Virus record (IMG/VR): IMGVR_UViG_3300011441_000021
Coordinates: 1-40,413 of that record
Length of the DNA stretch: 40,413 bases
Strand: one strand, 5' to 3'
Source: a virus
Taxonomy: Duplodnaviria > Caudoviricetes
Below the pieces are notes generated by a model. It ran no database searches. It had not been told where the DNA came from and saw nothing but the letters and a program-made list of their open reading frames with translations. Positions 36,438 through 40,413 of the stretch are shown here, piece after piece (positions within the stretch are counted from its first letter, which is position 1; the number at the start of each line of letters is the position of its first letter). The position numbers were made by a program, and so were the translations under genes.

Positions 36438-36506
36438 TGCCCTGTCCTCTCCGATAGTTAGAGAGAATCATGTTTTTGGGCTGGTGTCAAATAGTATATA
36501 AGTTCC

Positions 36507-36593
36507 GCGTCCGCCATAGGCGACGGTGTTCGAGTTCAGATCGACCAGCAACCGATTGTCCGCCACCTCGGATCCGCAGCATGGGCATATCAT
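36507..36593 (-). pseudogene. 5' part of the same winged-helix gene (MICPCCG..LVDLNSNTV)
   Basis: ATG 36593; plausible reading stops at the IS end. Confidence 0.7.
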
Positions 36594-36713
36594 CGCCGTG
36601 GACCTGAATAGGAAGCAGCCCAGCCAAGCTGGCGGCGATGACTGGGCTGCTAGGGCGACGGCGGGGAACTGGGGAAAGAACCCCACACACGACGCCATCC
36701 CGCCGGGATCGGC

Positions 36714-36751
36714 GGAAATACAAAGCCCGCCGCGGATTTCTCCGGGCGGGC
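36714..36751 (-). terminator. Terminator-like hairpin in the late leader
   Basis: GCCCGCCCGGA-GAAA-TCCGCGGCGGGC then TTTGTATTT. Confidence 0.55.
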
Positions 36752-36837
36752 ACAAACTCACTCATTCGGTGTATGTCAACGGCCCAAGTCGCGCAAGGGA
36801 TAGTATGCGAGTGCCGCACAGGACACGTCCCCAGGGT

Positions 36838-37635
36838 TCAAACAACCCGCAGAATACGGCTTCGGCGCTCATCGTCGTGCGCCCAAGGTTCGGCCGCGGC
36901 AGCAGGGCCAACCGCAATGTGCTGGTTCAATTTCCAGGTATCAAGCGTGGCCTTCACTCGGGCGAGACCTGACCGCCACGCAAAATATTCCGCGCGCGCG
37001 AATGCGATGTCAGGCCCAGGCGGATCCAACTGCACAGGGCAGCGCGCCTCAGGGCCGTAGCGCCGGCCAGCGGTCATTCCGTCAACCAAATAGCCGTCAT
37101 CGTCGATGTACTGCACGATCGGCTTGCCGTTCTTGCCGTTTGATCGTTTGATTTTAACTGGCCCCATGTCCCATTGTGGCCGTGTCCCCATGCGGGCGTG
37201 TATCGTCACCAGTGCCGATACGTTGAGGCTCAGGTACGCCATCGCCGGGTGATCTATCGAGACGTAGGGCGCCAGGTGCCCCATCAACCGCTCGCGGGAT
37301 TGCTTCCAATCAAGCCCGACCTCGCCGAGCCGGTTGACGACGCACTCGACGATCAGCGCGTCGGGGTGCGGAATTCCGCCAAGTGCTTCCGGAAAGCCTG
37401 GATCTTGGCTCCAAGCATCGACCCGTGTGCCGAGATCAGCAACGCGAAACATCGGCGAGATCGACGAAGGATCGTTCCACCCGCCTTCGCCTTGCCCGTA
37501 ACCCTTGGGCAGTTCTTCGCGGTAAGCCCATTGAAGTAGCTTCTCAACGTCAACCTGTATTTTGTTGGCGTTATTAGCCTTATTTGGTTGCTGCATCATT
37601 CGGAAATCTGATTCCATTTTCAGCGTGTTTTGCAT
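36838..37635 (-). CDS. Conserved phage protein, putative late-gene regulator/antiterminator
   Basis: VEKLLQWAYREELPK..PHPDA..Y.AW..L..PW; lies at the lambda Q position before terminase; function inferred. Confidence 0.7.
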   Translation of the reverse strand: MQNTLKMESDFRMMQQPNKANNANKIQVDVEKLLQWAYREELPKGYGQGEGGWNDPSSISPMFRVADLGTRVDAWSQDPGFPEALGGIPHPDALIVECVVNRLGEVGLDWKQSRERLMGHLAPYVSIDHPAMAYLSLNVSALVTIHARMGTRPQWDMGPVKIKRSNGKNGKPIVQYIDDDGYLVDGMTAGRRYGPEARCPVQLDPPGPDIAFARAEYFAWRSGLARVKATLDTWKLNQHIAVGPAAAAEPWAHDDERRSRILRVV

Positions 37636-37645
37636 TTTGTCCGAC

Positions 37646-37930
37646 CTACAAAAACACCGATGGCAGCACTTTGTATGGCTTCCGGCTCGGGTCGGGCGGC
37701 GCCTTGGTTCGCTTGCCGGCGTGCGGGCCTTTGATGATTTCGATGACGCGCCAGTTCTTGCCGTACACCTCGACGCGGATCATTCCGTTTTTTATCAATG
37801 CCTGCGTAATGCCCGAGCGAAGCTTACCCGTTGGGTATGCGGAGTGGCGGTTAGTCGGAGCCCGCTCGCCTGCGTTTGCCGCACTGACGATCAGCGCAAA
37901 GCCACGGAGAATGACTTGCTCGGAGATCAT
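37646..37930 (-). CDS. Phage hypothetical protein (winged-helix-like)
   Basis: GERAPT..L..G.I.VEVY..NWRV..I..GPHAGK.T. Confidence 0.7.
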   Translation of the reverse strand: MISEQVILRGFALIVSAANAGERAPTNRHSAYPTGKLRSGITQALIKNGMIRVEVYGKNWRVIEIIKGPHAGKRTKAPPDPSRKPYKVLPSVFL

Positions 37931-37941
37931 TTGGGTTTCTC

Positions 37942-39045
37942 TCAGCGCTGCATGAAATCTGGAATGCTCAAGTCGTCCGGAATCTCCCGTCGAACAGGTC
38001 CGGCCACACGTCCGGAACTGTCATTTCTTGTGACTGACCTGTAGTCACCCGTTTCATCGCCAAAGGTTCGAAGCCGAGGTATTGGATGAAGTACCGTTGC
38101 CATGCGTCCCATTCCGCCGTTCCCATCGTGATCGTTGGGAGTGGTGTTTGCCCCTTCGCCCCCATTTCCTTGATCTTCGCGTGTGCCAGGGCTAGTTTCC
38201 CGTAAGTCATTTCCTTGGTTAGGTTTTCTTTCGAGATCAGTCGCATTTGTGGCCCTCAGTTTTGCAAACATTTCCGCGCGCTGTTCATCGGTGATTGCCG
38301 CTGGCGAATTACCGCCGGAGGGGTAGTCATTCCATCGCTGTTGGTTCAGCCAAGTGACTGCCTGCGCGACGAATTTCGTTCCGACTTGGTTTTGGGTTTG
38401 CAGTTCAGCCGTGTAGCGTTTTGCCGCGGCAATGATCGATTCCGCATCGGTGCCGGATTTTACCGCGGCATCGAATTTCTTGAGAGCCGGTGTTTTCGGG
38501 TTTGCGCCTTCGCGTCTCGGGTAGGCCTTCCAAAATTCCTCGGATTTTGAATTCGATTTGGGGCGTGTCGCTTTTGCGACCGCCCATATATCTTTCTTTC
38601 TTTCTTTCTCCCCTTCCATCCTACCTCCTCCATCCTCCCTCTGCGGAGGTTTTTCCGTACTGGTGGTGAACTGGTGGGGTACTGGTTCCGAACTTGTGTC
38701 TTTTGAACCTACGTAGGTTCTCAACTCGTCCGGTAGAGGGTGCCTGTATGCTGGTTTTTTGGGTCGCTGATACTTGTTGAAGTTCCGAACCGCTCCGTAA
38801 TCCTTCCCGTCATGAGAGAACCGTTTGACGGCATCGGCCGCAACCAGTTCGCCCAGCAATGCTTCGACGTCCACGTTGTCGGCCGGAAAAATCTTCATCT
38901 TGATCGTGAGAGGCTTCCACTCGAACACCCCATGATCGTCCGCCTCGGTCCAAATTCCCGGCAAAAGAACGCGCGCCGTCATGGAGACAGAAACGAATGC
39001 CTCATCGGTGAATAATCCTGGATGAACACTGCGAATCCGCGCCAT
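37942..39045 (-). CDS. Phage replication initiator/replisome organiser
   Basis: MARIRSVHP..ADD.G.FEW..K..FPAD; FW.AYPRR..TWLNQ.RW; internal iterons. Confidence 0.88.
   Translation of the reverse strand: MARIRSVHPGLFTDEAFVSVSMTARVLLPGIWTEADDHGVFEWKPLTIKMKIFPADNVDVEALLGELVAADAVKRFSHDGKDYGAVRNFNKYQRPKKPAYRHPLPDELRTYVGSKDTSSEPVPHQFTTSTEKPPQREDGGGRMEGEKERKKDIWAVAKATRPKSNSKSEEFWKAYPRREGANPKTPALKKFDAAVKSGTDAESIIAAAKRYTAELQTQNQVGTKFVAQAVTWLNQQRWNDYPSGGNSPAAITDEQRAEMFAKLRATNATDLERKPNQGNDLRETSPGTREDQGNGGEGANTTPNDHDGNGGMGRMATVLHPIPRLRTFGDETGDYRSVTRNDSSGRVAGPVRREIPDDLSIPDFMQR
37968..38246 (-). CDS. 92-aa protein nested in another frame within the initiator gene
   Basis: GAGGG RBS ~6 nt before the ATG; protein-like sequence GTAEWDAWQRYF..TVP..WP. 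Confidence 0.6.
   Translation of the reverse strand: MRLISKENLTKEMTYGKLALAHAKIKEMGAKGQTPLPTITMGTAEWDAWQRYFIQYLGFEPLAMKRVTTGQSQEMTVPDVWPDLFDGRFRTT
38657..38700. repeat. Four tandem 11-bp iterons, putative replication origin
   Basis: GTACTGGTGGT/GAACTGGTGGG/GTACTGGTTCC/GAACTTGTGTC, next to a pyrimidine (TTTC)n tract at ~38590-38640. Confidence 0.65.
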
Positions 39046-39398
39046 TATTTCACTCCCGCCTTCTCAATCCGCACCGTGATGCCTTCGCCCTGCGTCACCC
39101 AGCGCATCGAGATCATTTCGGACAGGCTGTCGTCCTGGATGATGCGAACGGAGGTCAATAAATCCTCCGTGGCCTCCAATAGATTGCCGAGATCGCGGCG
39201 CTTATCGTCGGGCCGCACGGCGTCGATGCTCAGTTTGTAGCGGCCGGGGATTTCCCCCTGCCCGCGCCGCTGTGCAAGCGCCATGAAACCGGCGTCAAAC
39301 AGCCAATCCTCATATCGCTGCGATCTTGCAATGCCGGTCTTGGTGCGCTTGCGGAGCGCATTCTTGGATGGCGGCAGTGGTAGGTGGAGTTCGATCAT
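39045..39398 (-). CDS. rusA: RusA-family Holliday junction resolvase
   Basis: LP.PPS.N, RPD..RRDL.N, DDS motifs. Confidence 0.85.
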   Translation of the reverse strand: MIELHLPLPPSKNALRKRTKTGIARSQRYEDWLFDAGFMALAQRRGQGEIPGRYKLSIDAVRPDDKRRDLGNLLEATEDLLTSVRIIQDDSLSEMISMRWVTQGEGITVRIEKAGVK

Positions 39399-39583
39399 TT
39401 CGCCTCGCACCTGGCCTCGATCGGCGTGTACTGCGCGCCCATGATTTCGGCGCCGCGCTTGATGTTGCGGATCAGGTCGGAGGCATAAGCCGCACAGGCG
39501 TCCTTGCTGTGCCCGCCATAGACAGGCACGCCAATGACAGCAGATGGGTTGCCGGCCAGGAAAAAGATGACGACAAACTTCAT
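39395..39583 (-). CDS. Small hypothetical protein (possibly exported)
   Basis: ATGA overlaps at both ends. Confidence 0.65.
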   Translation of the reverse strand: MKFVVIFFLAGNPSAVIGVPVYGGHSKDACAAYASDLIRNIKRGAEIMGAQYTPIEARCEAK

Positions 39584-39831
39584 GCCGTCCCCCTGCATTC
39601 ATAATCATCGGCGAGTTGGCCGAGTTTTCGCGCGGCAGCGGGGCGCGCAGATTCGTACAGCCCGGCGTTGACGCAGTAGGTCTGCTGCTTGGCGATGTAG
39701 CCGAGTTTGCCGGCTACGCTGGCGGCACTGCGGCCTAGCTCACGGCCGATGTCGGCATCCGACATGCCGCAATGGCGCATGAATCGGGCGCAGCCGAGAT
39801 CCTCATCGTTCCAAGGGCTGCCGCGGCGCAT
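39580..39831 (-). CDS. HTH protein resembling the GcrA N-terminal domain
   Basis: W.DED....R.....GMS...IG.ELGRS...V.GK. Confidence 0.65.
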   Translation of the reverse strand: MRRGSPWNDEDLGCARFMRHCGMSDADIGRELGRSAASVAGKLGYIAKQQTYCVNAGLYESARPAAARKLGQLADDYECRGTA

Positions 39832-39834
39832 GGT

Positions 39835-40149
39835 TCAGCCCGCCGCCAGGATCGAAGTGTCGCGATCGATCGCGGCGCGGCCGAGTGGGGTATCCACCAG
39901 CATCCCGAGCGCGTGCATGTAGGTATCGAGGATGGCTTGTTGTTCGTTGCGCTCACTGGCCTCCTGCTTGCGCAGGCGGATGATGGTGCGAAGGGCCTTG
40001 GTGTCGAATCCGTTCGACTTGGATTCCGCAAACACGTCGCGAATGTCGCTCGCAATCGCGTCCTTTTCCTTGGAAAGCCGCTCAATCCGTTCGACGAACG
40101 CCTTGAGTTGATCCTTGGCGAATGCACTGTTGTGGCCGATGTCTGGCAT
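39835..40149 (-). CDS. gapR: GapR/DUF2312 nucleoid-associated protein
   Basis: [42 protein letters not shown]. Confidence 0.92.
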   Translation of the reverse strand: MPDIGHNSAFAKDQLKAFVERIERLSKEKDAIASDIRDVFAESKSNGFDTKALRTIIRLRKQEASERNEQQAILDTYMHALGMLVDTPLGRAAIDRDTSILAAG

Positions 40150-40226
40150 AGCTATCCCCATAGCGAATTGATGGCGCCTGAAAACCACGCACAAAACGCA
40201 CGAAGGAAGCTACAAACGGGGAAGGA

Positions 40227-40412
40227 TTAGCGAGACTGCTGCATCGAAATGCGCGGCAAACTCACGGCCGCATACCATTCATGGGTGTTGTAGAGCCGGA
40301 CCAATCGAGGCCGCAGGCTGGTGACGACGCGGACGCCAAGCGTCGGGTTGATGCGCTCGGTATTGTCGATGCGGTTCTCTGCGCGCCGGTAGCCCTTCGG
40401 CGGATCACCAAG
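40227..40412 (-). CDS. Partial phage hypothetical protein (3' end)
   Basis: Open frame LGDPP..VSLPRIS..* running in from the right edge. Confidence 0.55.
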   Translation of the reverse strand, partial: LGDPPKGYRRAENRIDNTERINPTLGVRVVTSLRPRLVRLYNTHEWYAAVSLPRISMQQSR

Positions 40413-40413
40413 C

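Larger units (their letters stand above)
35562..36506 (-). mobile_element. IS1595-family remnant; one terminal repeat present (36483-36506), other end lost
   Basis: End GGAACTTATATACTATTTGACACC precedes the transposase and interrupts the winged-helix gene. Confidence 0.8.
1..40413 (-). mobile_element. Temperate podovirus-like prophage/phage genome segment (alphaproteobacterial host likely)
   Basis: Canonical order terS-terL-portal-scaffold-capsid-tail tubular A/B-internal virion proteins-tailspike-lysis, plus replication, RusA and GapR genes; extends past both window edges. Confidence 0.95.

Overview
A ~40 kb segment of a temperate podovirus-type (pro)phage, very probably of an alphaproteobacterial host, judged from its GapR/DUF2312 and GcrA-like genes. 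Almost everything is one long minus-strand cascade of translationally coupled genes. From right to left these are: GapR, GcrA-like HTH, RusA, replication initiator with 11-bp iterons, putative late regulator, IS1595 remnant, TerS/TerL, portal, scaffold, major capsid, a 7-gene glycosyltransferase/methyltransferase cluster inside the virion operon, tail tubular A/B, internal (ejection) proteins, a lectin/fibre cluster, tailspike, and a large lysis/envelope cassette. The left end holds plus-strand remnants (probable integrase end and att arm repeats, a C5 methylase fragment) and a truncated moron. The main candidates for new biology are (1) the putative virion O-glycosylation/methylation module next to capsid proteins ending in Thr-Ser, (2) chains of 'emptied' micro-ORFs and other deletion scars that hit accessory genes but spare the core morphogenesis genes, and (3) a dual-coded end of the replication gene finishing in an FtsZ-tail-like peptide. 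Product calls come from recognising motifs and gene order by eye; no searches were run.
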